Below, in pieces: positions 39,269-47,956 of a DNA stretch of 64,000 nucleotides. Within the stretch, counting starts at the first letter, position 1; every line of letters starts with the position of its first letter. The position numbers and the translations under genes were made by a program. The stretch is from a virus (Duplodnaviria > Heunggongvirae > Uroviricota > Caudoviricetes): the IMG/VR virus record IMGVR_UViG_3300021600_000004; one strand, written 5' to 3'. The notes under the pieces were generated by a model. That model did not search any database, was not told the origin of the DNA, and worked only from the letters and a program-made list of their open reading frames with translations.

Positions 39269-41289
39269 TATGTAAACAGTTTACGTTTTTTAGTATTAAA
39301 TAGTCCTCTAGACTCTGTGAACAATTGATTGTTTTTATTCTTAACAAACATTGCTTTTACTCTCTCATCTCCTGATCCTCCAATTCTACCCATGATAGGA
39401 TCCATCTTAAGTGCTTGTGCAATAGCTAGTTCTGCAGCAATGATTCTATCAAAGTTACCTTGATCATTATATTGTATAATCTCCTCAAGAAGAACAGGAT
39501 CAAATATCTTATGAACACCCATCACCTCTCTTATAACATTACCATTCTCATCCTTGTCTTTAAATATAACTTCTTCCATATACTTCTTCAAGCAGGTGTG
39601 AAGGTAGTCAATTATCTTCTGACTAGAACGATGAATTCCATATTCTCTTTTAACTGTTGTATTAGGAACAATCTCCATAAGCCATTGAGGTTGTTTCTCT
39701 AGATAATGAGCATCTCCTTTAGCTTTCATATATTCAATAAAGGATATATCATCATTCTCACACAGTGTTCTAGCATTGTAATACTTAATAAGTAATCTAG
39801 CTTGTTCTTCCCAAGTTTCTTTCTTATCAGGTCTAGCACAATAAGATGCTACAAACATATCCTGGTATTTCTCACCAGTGAGATCGTGCATTCTTTTATA
39901 TACATAGACAGATCCTAATGAACTTGAATATGCAGATTTTCCCTGTCTATATGGATCCACTCCAGCTACATACAATCCATAAGGAGGGTTTTCTATAGGG
40001 AACTCATATATAACTACAGGAGCATCTTTTGCATCACTATTCTTTAATGGGAAATTGGATATAGGAAGCTTGTCTGTAAACTCATGCTTAATAGCTGTCT
40101 CATCAGCAAATAGAATAACAGGTGTACCTGTACGCTCTTGTTGTAACAATCTAGACTTCTGTCTTTTTGCTATCTCAATATCGAAGATGTTGGTATCTTC
40201 ATTTAAGAATATATCATCCACTTCCTGTGGGTAATACATCTTCTCTTTTAAATAGGCAATTCTATCTCCAGCTTTTTTAAGTCTGTTTAAATTGTTTTCT
40301 GTAATCTCTGTAGCTTTCTCTTCATTAGAGACTAACATCCTTACATTATGTAGCTCTGAATCTTGGTCTTTATTTAAGAAAGCTCCTAGTGTAGATTCTT
40401 CCTTAGCTTCCATTCTATACTTATGCCCAATAAACAACCCATGGACTCTCTGTGTATCCTTCTCATTATTATAATGTAGGAAGTTGAAATTCTCTACATC
40501 AAACATCAAGGATTTTGCATCCATGAATTTCTTCATATCACCCCCAGTACCAGTAAGAATTGGAGAACATCCCCAACCATAAGGTGTTGTAAAACCTGGT
40601 ATGGCAGCTTGTAAACCTCTAAGGAAATTCCCTTTACCAATTTCATCTATAATTAATTTACGTGGTTTTGTACCTGCAATTGCTTCCTCATTATTTCCTT
40701 CATCAAGGTTACGAATAAGAATAGAAGAGAAGGGGATACGTTCACCAGACTTAGTCTTTATACCAAGTGTCACCTGGTTCTTCCAGTTATCTTCAATTCT
40801 TTGCCACCTCCAAGCTTCAGGAAGGAAGTTTAATCCCTTATCAATCTTATCTGTAATTAGTTTAATATCTGGGGCATTCAAGCCAGATATAATATTCTGT
40901 GAGTTCTCATCAAATGTGGCACCCCATGAAACATAAGATGCTTCTATAACAGATTTAGCTAAACGTCTAATACCAAGTATTAACAGTCCTTTCTTTTCAT
41001 TCTGTGCTCTATCTATCTCATTGGTAATCACCCACTCATTGTCTCTTAAAAAGGGATTGGCATACTTCTGGGATATACGACCTCTATCATCTATAATATC
41101 CACCTCTGTATGCCACATATTTAGGTGCCAATACAAAAAGGGGTTAATATAAACCCCATCCATCATTGCTCCATCTAAACATAAACCTTTGTGAAAGTCA
41201 AAGAACTCTTTGAACTCTTCACTATTTTTATCAGGAATACGCTTCTGATTTATAAACCAATCCTTATAATCTATACTCTGTAGACTCAT
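39268..41289 (-). CDS. terL: Terminase large subunit (673 aa)
   Basis: Deviant Walker A LILGIRRLAKS, Walker B KLIIDEIG, and C-terminal RNaseH-like nuclease residues (YVAGVDPY..., ENDD). Confidence 0.75.
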   Translation of the reverse strand: MSLQSIDYKDWFINQKRIPDKNSEEFKEFFDFHKGLCLDGAMMDGVYINPFLYWHLNMWHTEVDIIDDRGRISQKYANPFLRDNEWVITNEIDRAQNEKKGLLILGIRRLAKSVIEASYVSWGATFDENSQNIISGLNAPDIKLITDKIDKGLNFLPEAWRWQRIEDNWKNQVTLGIKTKSGERIPFSSILIRNLDEGNNEEAIAGTKPRKLIIDEIGKGNFLRGLQAAIPGFTTPYGWGCSPILTGTGGDMKKFMDAKSLMFDVENFNFLHYNNEKDTQRVHGLFIGHKYRMEAKEESTLGAFLNKDQDSELHNVRMLVSNEEKATEITENNLNRLKKAGDRIAYLKEKMYYPQEVDDIFLNEDTNIFDIEIAKRQKSRLLQQERTGTPVILFADETAIKHEFTDKLPISNFPLKNSDAKDAPVVIYEFPIENPPYGLYVAGVDPYRQGKSAYSSSLGSVYVYKRMHDLTGEKYQDMFVASYCARPDKKETWEEQARLLIKYYNARTLCENDDISFIEYMKAKGDAHYLEKQPQWLMEIVPNTTVKREYGIHRSSQKIIDYLHTCLKKYMEEVIFKDKDENGNVIREVMGVHKIFDPVLLEEIIQYNDQGNFDRIIAAELAIAQALKMDPIMGRIGGSGDERVKAMFVKNKNNQLFTESRGLFNTKKRKLFT

Positions 41290-41618
41290 TTTCTATTCTT
41301 TAAGAAGTCTTCAGCCATTGTGCTAAGTTCTCCTTTACCTCTCACCTCCACCTTTGATTCTTCTTTCTCTCTCATGCTATCCACTGTTCTAAGAATTTCA
41401 GCATAATCTTTAAGAGCTTGTGTAAGATCTTTTCTTTGTGCTTCTTTATTAGCTATACAAATAGGAATAGCTCCTCCTCCCTTTGTTTCCTTCCAAGCCA
41501 TTCTATCAGCTAGGGAAGAAAAAGGATTTGATTGTATATATTCTTTTAGCTCTTGAAGTTTCATTTCTAGAAACTCCAACTCATATTCTATGAGGAGAGC
41601 TTTCTTAGCTGTTGCCAT
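41286..41618 (-). CDS. Small helical protein (110 aa) immediately upstream of terL; possible terminase small subunit
   Basis: 4-nt overlap with terL; the terS call is positional only. Confidence 0.3.
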   Translation of the reverse strand: MATAKKALLIEYELEFLEMKLQELKEYIQSNPFSSLADRMAWKETKGGGAIPICIANKEAQRKDLTQALKDYAEILRTVDSMREKEESKVEVRGKGELSTMAEDFLKNRK

Positions 41619-41628
41619 ATGTAATTAA

Positions 41629-41913
41629 TTAATATTCTTCCTCATCATCATCCTGCTTAAGGATGTTATCCAAATCCATTCCATCTTTTATAATCTTGTC
41701 AAGTTCACTCTCATCTGTATGTGGAACATCCATTTCTAATTGTGACTTATACTTATACAAAGCATATTCTAATTCCTTATCTGTCATTCCCCATACATCC
41801 CCATATTCATCAAGAGCTGTTGCAAGATGCTTACCCAAGTTGTATGTTGGATAGGCTTTGTGTAGTTCTTGAAGAATATGAATCACCTCATTATAATGGT
41901 TCCTTTTGTTCAT
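41629..41913 (-). CDS. Acidic hypothetical protein, 94 aa
   Basis: ORF in a tight gene array. Confidence 0.4.
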   Translation of the reverse strand: MNKRNHYNEVIHILQELHKAYPTYNLGKHLATALDEYGDVWGMTDKELEYALYKYKSQLEMDVPHTDESELDKIIKDGMDLDNILKQDDDEEEY

Positions 41914-41924
41914 ATATGTTATAT

Positions 41925-42104
41925 TTATACAATAAGCCCAGCTCCTGTAGCCACTAACTTGCTTAAGCCTGGTTTAATAACATCAGCTAATAGCTTTTGA
42001 ATAGTGCTGTTTGCTTCTTTTTGTACATCTTCTGAAATGCCTGGTGTAGCACATAATGCTGCAAGCTTCTCAATAACAATCCATGCTTCTACTGCTGGGT
42101 TCAT
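41925..42104 (-). CDS. Unlisted 59 aa ORF (MNPAVEAWIVIEKLAALCATPGISEDVQ...)
   Basis: Hand translation; its ATG overlaps the TGA of the upstream gene (ATGA) and it fills a 190-nt gap. Confidence 0.35.
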   Translation of the reverse strand: MNPAVEAWIVIEKLAALCATPGISEDVQKEANSTIQKLLADVIKPGLSKLVATGAGLIV

Positions 42105-42397
42105 ATTAAATTATTTATGTCTTCATCAGACAGTTTATAGTTGGTTATATCTTTCTCTGTTATTACATTGGGCACATCATCAAAATGTTCTGCAGCTTCT
42201 TCTGACATATAATCTTTGCAAAAGCTTATAGCCATATAATCCTGCTCTTTGCCTATAGTGCCTATAATGTCAATATAATCTACACCATGGTTATACAAGT
42301 CTACAAGGATATCAATTAGATTATCTAAAGGAATCTTCTGTATAGTGACATCTTTACTTTCCATTAAGTGCTGTTTTAATTTCATGTTCTTTATCAA
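42101..42397 (-). CDS. Hypothetical protein, 98 aa
   Basis: ORF. Confidence 0.4.
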   Translation of the reverse strand: MIKNMKLKQHLMESKDVTIQKIPLDNLIDILVDLYNHGVDYIDIIGTIGKEQDYMAISFCKDYMSEEAAEHFDDVPNVITEKDITNYKLSDEDINNLI

Positions 42398-42662
42398 GGG
42401 AATCTATCACTGCTATCCACTTTGGAACTTCTAATGGACACTCACAAGATAGACACCTCACCTTAGCAGACAGTGTACATCCACAATCTGTACAATGATC
42501 ATCTGGTCTTGTTGTACTATGGTTCTTAGAATGTAAGGAACAACCGTTACATATCTCCAACCTAGTTTTAGCCACCTGTTCAATAAGGGGCTTCATGTGA
42601 GCAGAAGGAAAAAGATTGTTCTTCCAGCCTTCATACACCTGAGAGAAGTTAATGTTTTTCAT
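42354..42662 (-). CDS. Zn-ribbon protein, 102 aa
   Basis: CNGC...CTDCGC...CLSCEC. Confidence 0.4.
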   Translation of the reverse strand: MKNINFSQVYEGWKNNLFPSAHMKPLIEQVAKTRLEICNGCSLHSKNHSTTRPDDHCTDCGCTLSAKVRCLSCECPLEVPKWIAVIDSLDKEHEIKTALNGK

Positions 42663-43002
42663 TAGTCCTTTCTTTTAGTGATTTAATTTGAGCTATAGTC
42701 TTCTCTATTGTAACACTAGCTGAATGCTTTCTTTTTTCAGAAGAATTTACATCATTTAATATGTTTGTTAAAGCTATTAGCTTGACTTCCAATGACTTAA
42801 GACGTGTAATTGCTTTTTTATTATTAAAGAAGAACTTTCCAAACCCAGCAATCTCCACACTATTGTTTAAATCCATTGCTTCATTGGCTGATTGAAACTG
42901 ATGATTGATCACTGTCTCAACTATCTTCTCACTTGTAAGTATCTTCACTGCTAATGTCCTAACTAGGTAGTCTTTAACAGACATGCTTATTGGCTTATCC
43001 AT
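42649..43002 (-). CDS. HU/IHF-like DNA-binding protein (117 aa, divergent C-terminal half)
   Basis: N-terminal half aligns with HU (...ESVINHQFQSANEAMDLNNSVEIAGFGKFFF ~ ...LKEGDxVxLVGFGTFxV); the beta-arm region is not conserved. Confidence 0.45.
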   Translation of the reverse strand: MDKPISMSVKDYLVRTLAVKILTSEKIVETVINHQFQSANEAMDLNNSVEIAGFGKFFFNNKKAITRLKSLEVKLIALTNILNDVNSSEKRKHSASVTIEKTIAQIKSLKERTNEKH

Positions 43003-43348
43003 GAACTATCTTTATATCTAACACTAAATCTTTATCAAAGTTAAGGATTATTCTTGGATTAACCTTCACCTTAGTTCCATCCTTAACTAACACACCTATT
43101 CTTTTGAGCTTTGATATAATGTTATTTATTGTTGGAGCAGTAGTTTTATATTTAGAACAAAACTCTTCCCTTATGTTAGCATAGCTTATATTACCCTTAA
43201 TTGCTGTAAAGGCTATAAGCTGAATCTCCCTATGTGTAAGCTTCAACTCATTCAATGTAGACAACAAACTATAATACTTCTCTGCTGAAGCATAATTGTC
43301 TTCAACAGACTTTTTAAGTTTTTGTACTATAACAACTTTAGTTTCCAT
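42995..43348 (-). CDS. Winged-helix (HTH) putative transcriptional regulator, 117 aa; first gene of the minus-strand arm
   Basis: Helix-turn-wing-like pattern (...LTHREIQLIAFTAIKGNISYANIREEF...NIISKLKRIGVLVKDGTKVKV); lies next to the control region. Confidence 0.4.
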   Translation of the reverse strand: METKVVIVQKLKKSVEDNYASAEKYYSLLSTLNELKLTHREIQLIAFTAIKGNISYANIREEFCSKYKTTAPTINNIISKLKRIGVLVKDGTKVKVNPRIILNFDKDLVLDIKIVHG

Positions 43349-43605
43349 AATTAGTTAATGCAAAGATATACATAATCTATAGACCAACAAATAACTATTC
43401 TTATTATTCAAATGACTTATTGCTATATTATGCTGTCTATTATTTAATTAGACAATATATATAAGCAATACAATCTCTATTAAACCTTCCCCACCCACAC
43501 TCCCCAAAGGTATGGGTATTTATTTATAACCACCAAATTTATTTTCTGCAAGGGATTATAATTTTGGTACAACAAGATATTATAATTGGGGGCAAAGTTT
43601 AATTT

Positions 43606-43709
43606 ATAGGTGCAATTTATACTGTGAGTATAAAAATAGGTGCAAAACTATACCTTCTCAGGTGTAATGTGTCTTATAAAGGACAATATTATACCCTTAT
43701 GGGTGTTAT
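43606..43709. promoter_or_regulatory. Iteron-like array of four (A/G)GGTG(C/T)(A/T)A repeats; putative origin or operator
   Basis: ATAGGTGCAA at 43606 and 43636, CAGGTGTAAT at 43660, TGGGTGTTAT at 43700; interspersed palindromes TATACT-GTG-AGTATA and CTTATAA/TTATAAG. Confidence 0.4.
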
Positions 43710-43774
43710 AAGAAACATTATATTTCATAACATATAAATCAAGACAATCCTAATACATTATATACAAAAGCATA

Positions 43775-43833
43775 TAATATGTAAACCTATAAGCTGACAA
43801 TATGTAAACTATTGTCAAGCTATAGATTGACAA
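43775..43833. promoter_or_regulatory. Palindromic operator-like site TGACAA-N11-TTGTCA-N10-TGACAA with a direct repeat ATATGTAAAC x2
   Basis: TGACAA at 43795 and 43828, TTGTCA at 43812; ATATGTAAAC at 43775 and 43799. Confidence 0.4.
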
Positions 43834-44183
43834 ATGCCTATTTATTGATTGATAACATTGCCAACATAGGAAATGAAACACAGCCAAATTCAGTAGTTTT
43901 GGCTGGGTATAAATTTCTATACTCAGCCAAATGTCCGTTATTACAGACACCTTATAATTGTGCTTGTATGAAATAACATACAATCTGGAGATACAAAACT
44001 TTCGTATGACCAGACTATATGTTCCACGTGGAACCTTCAAAAAATAATTTTTTCCAAAATATGGGGGGCTCTTTATATATGGGAGTGGAGCCTACTTCCC
44101 ACAGCAACCCCTCCTATGATTGGGTTGATTGGGGGTAGTCTCCCTCATTTAATATAACAATCCATAACGACAAAACAAACAAA

Positions 44184-44540
44184 ATGTCACAACAAATCAT
44201 TAACAACGAAGAAGTTTTAAGAATTCAAGCAATCGAAGGACTTTTGCCTTATGATGTAAAGAGTAAAATGGCAGGTCAAACTTACCAACGATTCAGTTTT
44301 GGTGGTAAGGTGTTCATCACCAACAAACCAAGTTTCCTTGAGAACCTTGAATTAGGCGAGATTGCCGAAGTTGAATTGGACACTAATGATGAAGGCTTGT
44401 TGAGTATGCTATCTTTCGTAACGTGGAAGCAGAAGAACAACATCAAACGCAGAATGGTTGAGAATGAAGCAATCACCGTTGATAACTTCAAACCAACAAC
44501 AGCATCAGTGACCACTGAACTATTGAATAGTATCAGTTAA
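44184..44540 (+). CDS. First early gene of the plus-strand arm, 118 aa, unknown function
   Basis: ORF followed by a strong hairpin. Confidence 0.5.
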   Translation: MSQQIINNEEVLRIQAIEGLLPYDVKSKMAGQTYQRFSFGGKVFITNKPSFLENLELGEIAEVELDTNDEGLLSMLSFVTWKQKNNIKRRMVENEAITVDNFKPTTASVTTELLNSIS

Positions 44541-44550
44541 CACCTTAATT

Positions 44551-44585
44551 AACAAACTCTTCCTTAATTGGGAGAGTTTGTTTCA
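44551..44585 (+). terminator. Strong hairpin terminator
   Basis: AACAAACTCT(TCC)-TTAATT-(GGG)AGAGTTTGTT, a 13 bp stem. Confidence 0.55.
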
Positions 44586-44782
44586 TACATAGGGTGGGAA
44601 GAATGAAACATTCAAAAGGGTGGGAAATATATTAACATAAATTACAAATAATCTGTTATAACTAATTGATTATCTGTGAGTTAGTGTGTTGATGTATACA
44701 CTCCTTCCACATAACACATATATTTTCTATTAACCAAAATGCTAAATACAAAACAATATATATAGCATTAAATAACAATTAT

Positions 44783-45064
44783 ATGACAAATCAAGACATT
44801 ATTGCTCTTATTGGACAAGAAGATCTTAAGAAGGTTCTATCTTACTTAGTTGATCAATGTAATGGAGAACTAGAAGCTGATATTGATAAGGATTATGAGG
44901 ATGATAAAGATCATATGACTCTTAGTGTATATTCTGAATACTTCTCTGAGAGGCATTTAAATGTGTTGTTTCAATATACATTTTATTATGCTGAAGTTAG
45001 TTTCCGTCCAAAGAAACAAAAGATGCTAATTACATTAGAAGTTGTTGTTAATAAGAGCCTGTAA
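44783..45064 (+). CDS. Small acidic early protein, 93 aa (first of three terminator-punctuated tandem genes)
   Basis: ORF; stop codon sits in the terminator loop. Confidence 0.5.
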   Translation: MTNQDIIALIGQEDLKKVLSYLVDQCNGELEADIDKDYEDDKDHMTLSVYSEYFSERHLNVLFQYTFYYAEVSFRPKKQKMLITLEVVVNKSL

Positions 45065-45082
45065 TGGGCTCTTTCTTTTTAT
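45053..45082 (+). terminator. Terminator copy 1 (AGAGCC-TGTAATG-GGCTCT plus T-run)
   Basis: Stem at 45054-45059 / 45067-45072; the TAA stop at 45062-45064 lies in the loop; T-run 45073-45080. Confidence 0.6.
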
Positions 45083-45103
45083 TCAAACACAAAAAACAAT
45101 TAT

Positions 45104-45406
45104 ATGAACAAAACAGAATTAGTTGCATTAATTAGTGAAGTATCTGCTGAACTTAATAGTGTTAAGGATACATTAGCTAACACCTCTGCTCCAAGAATAT
45201 CTCATTCAGATATAGAAGATGTGTCTGATGCCTATCAAAGTAGGCTTGAGTATAACTATTGGGTTGAGGAACAGAAAGAATCAATAGAACTTCTTGAGAA
45301 GGAATTAGCAGGTTATAAAGATAAACTGAATAACCTATATAGTTCAACAACTCTTAATGGTGATATGGCTAATGAGTTCAATGATACACATTATAAGAGC
45401 CTCTAA
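45104..45406 (+). CDS. Small early protein, 100 aa
   Basis: ORF ends ...YKSL like the previous gene. Confidence 0.5.
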   Translation: MNKTELVALISEVSAELNSVKDTLANTSAPRISHSDIEDVSDAYQSRLEYNYWVEEQKESIELLEKELAGYKDKLNNLYSSTTLNGDMANEFNDTHYKSL

Positions 45407-45425
45407 CAGGGCTCTTTTCTTTTAT
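45395..45425 (+). terminator. Terminator copy 2 (AAGAGCC-TCTAACA-GGGCTCT plus T-run)
   Basis: Near-identical to copy 1; TAA at 45404-45406 lies in the loop. Confidence 0.6.
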
Positions 45426-45445
45426 TCACACACAAAAACAATATT

Positions 45446-45754
45446 ATGGAGCATTTAAAAGATGTTACACTAGTGATAGGTAAACTTTCTAGTCTAATGT
45501 ATGGATATATTAAAGAGTTTAGACATAATGGTGGTGGATTTGAAGAATTTTCTGATGAAGCTATTATATATGCTCTATTAGAATATTCTAAGTTTCCAAG
45601 GCATTTTGATAGAGTTGAAAGGATTGTGTATATACATGGTAAGTGTCTTGAATTTGAAGGAAAGCCTCATATTTATGTAAATGTGGAATTTGATGAACAA
45701 TATGATTGTTTTATTGTGTTATATCCACAAATTTCTTCTAATTTACCTTTTTAA
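45446..45754 (+). CDS. Small early protein, 102 aa
   Basis: ORF. Confidence 0.5.
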   Translation: MEHLKDVTLVIGKLSSLMYGYIKEFRHNGGGFEEFSDEAIIYALLEYSKFPRHFDRVERIVYIHGKCLEFEGKPHIYVNVEFDEQYDCFIVLYPQISSNLPF

Positions 45755-45785
45755 GAGCCTGTAAAAGGGCTCTTTTCTTTTTAAT
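45753..45785 (+). terminator. Terminator copy 3 (AGAGCC-TGTAAAA-GGGCTCT plus T-run)
   Basis: Stem at 45754-45759 / 45768-45773; T-run to 45784. Confidence 0.6.
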
Positions 45786-45930
45786 GCACCATTTCTATTT
45801 CCCAAGGATAGACAGATGTAAATAATGCACGATAAATATAAACCACAGCGTGAAACGCAGAAATGCAGTGGAGGAAAATTACATCTGAGTGCAGAGGGAT
45901 ATTAATTAACTTAAACTAAACTTATAAATT

Positions 45931-46398
45931 ATGGGAAGTGTACTAGATTTTATTGAATGTCCAAATTGTAAACACGAAGCGTCTGACGACTTCTATTACA
46001 AAACAGGTGAAGAATATATTAACTGTGGTAACTGTGGTTATCATCGTTCAGCAACTATTGTTAATAGAGATAAGAAATTATCTGAATTAACAGAAGAAGA
46101 TTGGAAAATTGAAGAACTTAAAAATCCTTATGGTGCTTATAGATTAAAAGTATATCATAGTATTGGAACTCAATGTGGTTCATTAGAAAATGAAGAACAA
46201 TATAATAACTTTAAAACAGCTAATGAAGTTGATGTGGAGATAGAATATTGTTCTGTATCAAGACTAATTGATGGTGAAATTGTTACTGAAGTTATTATTG
46301 ATAATGGACCTGAAGTAGATTCAGCTGGATATACAGCAGAAGATAGAAAAAATGAGAATGACCTGAATGCATTAGAAAATTCAAGTCCAGAGTATTAA
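45931..46398 (+). CDS. Acidic protein with an N-terminal Zn-ribbon, 155 aa
   Basis: CPNCKH...CGNCG; acidic C-terminus. Confidence 0.5.
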   Translation: MGSVLDFIECPNCKHEASDDFYYKTGEEYINCGNCGYHRSATIVNRDKKLSELTEEDWKIEELKNPYGAYRLKVYHSIGTQCGSLENEEQYNNFKTANEVDVEIEYCSVSRLIDGEIVTEVIIDNGPEVDSAGYTAEDRKNENDLNALENSSPEY

Positions 46399-46683
46399 AA
46401 ACATAGCAGGTGCAAAGCCTGCAGTAATGTACCATTCTATCTTCCCAAGGGATAGCAGTTGTAATAGTAAAAATATTAATACTTGATTTCATCGTGAGGT
46501 GTTATCAGCGGAGCTTGACTCAAGAGTATTGATTACTTAATATGAAACATTGATTTCATTTAAGCTATTACAATTGAGTGCAGAGGGAGTTAACATACAA
46601 TAGGTGATTGGGATTAGCCAATTAATGGATGAAAACAGCCTATTGTATTATTTATTTATTCATTCATATTAAAAAACACATAT

Positions 46684-46926
46684 ATGAAACAATACAATGA
46701 AACAATTGAAAAACTAATACATTTAAAAGTTATTAGTCTTGACCAAGTGTTAGAATTTGCTTATGAGTATTATATGAAAGAACAATTAGATCGTATGATG
46801 GCTGAACAACAATGGGAATGTAATCAAGGAACAATGCATGATGTAGATGAAGAATGTGATTGTACAGATTATCTTCTAATGGAAGAACATCTTGAATCAC
46901 TGTCTAAATCAGATGAAAATGGATAA
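46684..46926 (+). CDS. Small acidic protein, 80 aa
   Basis: ORF. Confidence 0.45.
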   Translation: MKQYNETIEKLIHLKVISLDQVLEFAYEYYMKEQLDRMMAEQQWECNQGTMHDVDEECDCTDYLLMEEHLESLSKSDENG

Positions 46927-47264
46927 TTACACAGAATTTGACATATATGGAGATGATATATATTATTGTTCTTCATTACAATATAGGTTTGCCCATTTAA
47001 AGCCAAATAGGTGTTTGGTCCATCGTTGGTGTCCTTAAAAATGGGAACAGCCCAGGCTGCACTATCAGCAATTAGAACATAGAATAGTATATTGTGAATA
47101 ACAATGGTTATGTTCAATATCTGTAGCATAGATAGGATTAATGAGTCAATGCAGGTTATGTGTTAACTACTAAACACACAAGTAGGTGAGAAGCCTTGAA
47201 TTGAATTTAATTACAATTAACCAATTACAAAACATTATTAATCAATCATTTAACACACAATCAC

Positions 47265-47516
47265 ATGAAACTAGAACTTATTAGAGATGACAACAACAAA
47301 CTGAGTGGTTATAAAATCATTCGTGAGACATCAGATGAACTTGAAACCATTGAGATGGTTAGAGATATGTATTTTTGGGGGCATTTAGGTAAACTTCAGT
47401 ATGGTGGACGCTGTTCTGAACCAGGAACAGATGACACTATGGAGCTTAAGTTTGTCACTAAAGAGTATGACATATTAGAAAGAGAGAAATTAACTAATAA
47501 AAACAAAATCAATTAG
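47265..47516 (+). CDS. Hypothetical protein, 83 aa
   Basis: ORF. Confidence 0.45.
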   Translation: MKLELIRDDNNKLSGYKIIRETSDELETIEMVRDMYFWGHLGKLQYGGRCSEPGTDDTMELKFVTKEYDILEREKLTNKNKIN

Positions 47517-47518
47517 TT

Positions 47519-47737
47519 ATGAAAAAAGACAACATTCTATTCCTCATTGGAGGATTTATATGCTCTGTATGTATGATTTTATTTACAGTAGCATTATTAT
47601 TTGACAACAATCAACCCACTGATCCAAATGAAGATTGGATAGGTATTACATGGACAATAGGGTTCTTCATTGGTGTGGTGCTATTTCTTATTGGTGCTAT
47701 TATTGGACCATCATTTCCTAAAACTAATAAGAGATGA
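47519..47737 (+). CDS. Small membrane protein with two TM helices (holin-like), 72 aa
   Basis: Two hydrophobic segments (ILFLIGGFICSVCMILFTVALLF; IGFFIGVVLFLIGAIIG) and a basic C-terminus. Confidence 0.5.
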   Translation: MKKDNILFLIGGFICSVCMILFTVALLFDNNQPTDPNEDWIGITWTIGFFIGVVLFLIGAIIGPSFPKTNKR

Positions 47738-47949
47738 GAAGAACAATAGCTAAATTTATCACTGCTGGTATATTCATTATATCAGCAATATGGTTATTCT
47801 TTTACATAGCTCTATTATCAGCACAAGCTATTATATATGCTATTAGCCATATTGGATGGACATTGTTATGGCTTATATTGTCATGTATTCTTAATTTATT
47901 CTTATATATAGTAGCTTCTGAACCTGATTCATTAACCGAACATAAATAA
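47734..47949 (+). CDS. Small membrane protein (2-3 TM helices), 71 aa
   Basis: Hydrophobic throughout; 4-nt overlap with the previous gene. Confidence 0.5.
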   Translation: MRRTIAKFITAGIFIISAIWLFFYIALLSAQAIIYAISHIGWTLLWLILSCILNLFLYIVASEPDSLTEHK

Positions 47950-47956
47950 AAATCAA

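Noticed and set aside
1-43348. Possible stop-codon recoding (TAG or TGA reassignment, as in some crAss-like phages), suggested by the ORF-free first 7 kb
   Set aside because: The structural genes are intact in the standard code (1617, 1580, 1014, 937, 859 and 673 aa ORFs). The empty stretch is explained by one ORF that runs off the window edge. No suppressor tRNA or release-factor gene was seen.
43750-44040. 96 aa minus-strand ORF inside the divergent control region
   Set aside because: It sits in the repeat- and palindrome-rich non-coding region and has an odd Y/I/L-rich composition; most likely spurious.
46990-47060. Possible tRNA or structured RNA (GCCCATTT…AAATGGGAAC inverted repeat) in the 46927-47264 intergenic region
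   Set aside because: The stem spacing (~55 nt) is too short for a tRNA and no T-loop (GTTCRANYC) is present. A scan of the other intergenic regions for TTCGA or TTCAA T-loop cores found none. It could still be a small hairpin RNA but support is insufficient.
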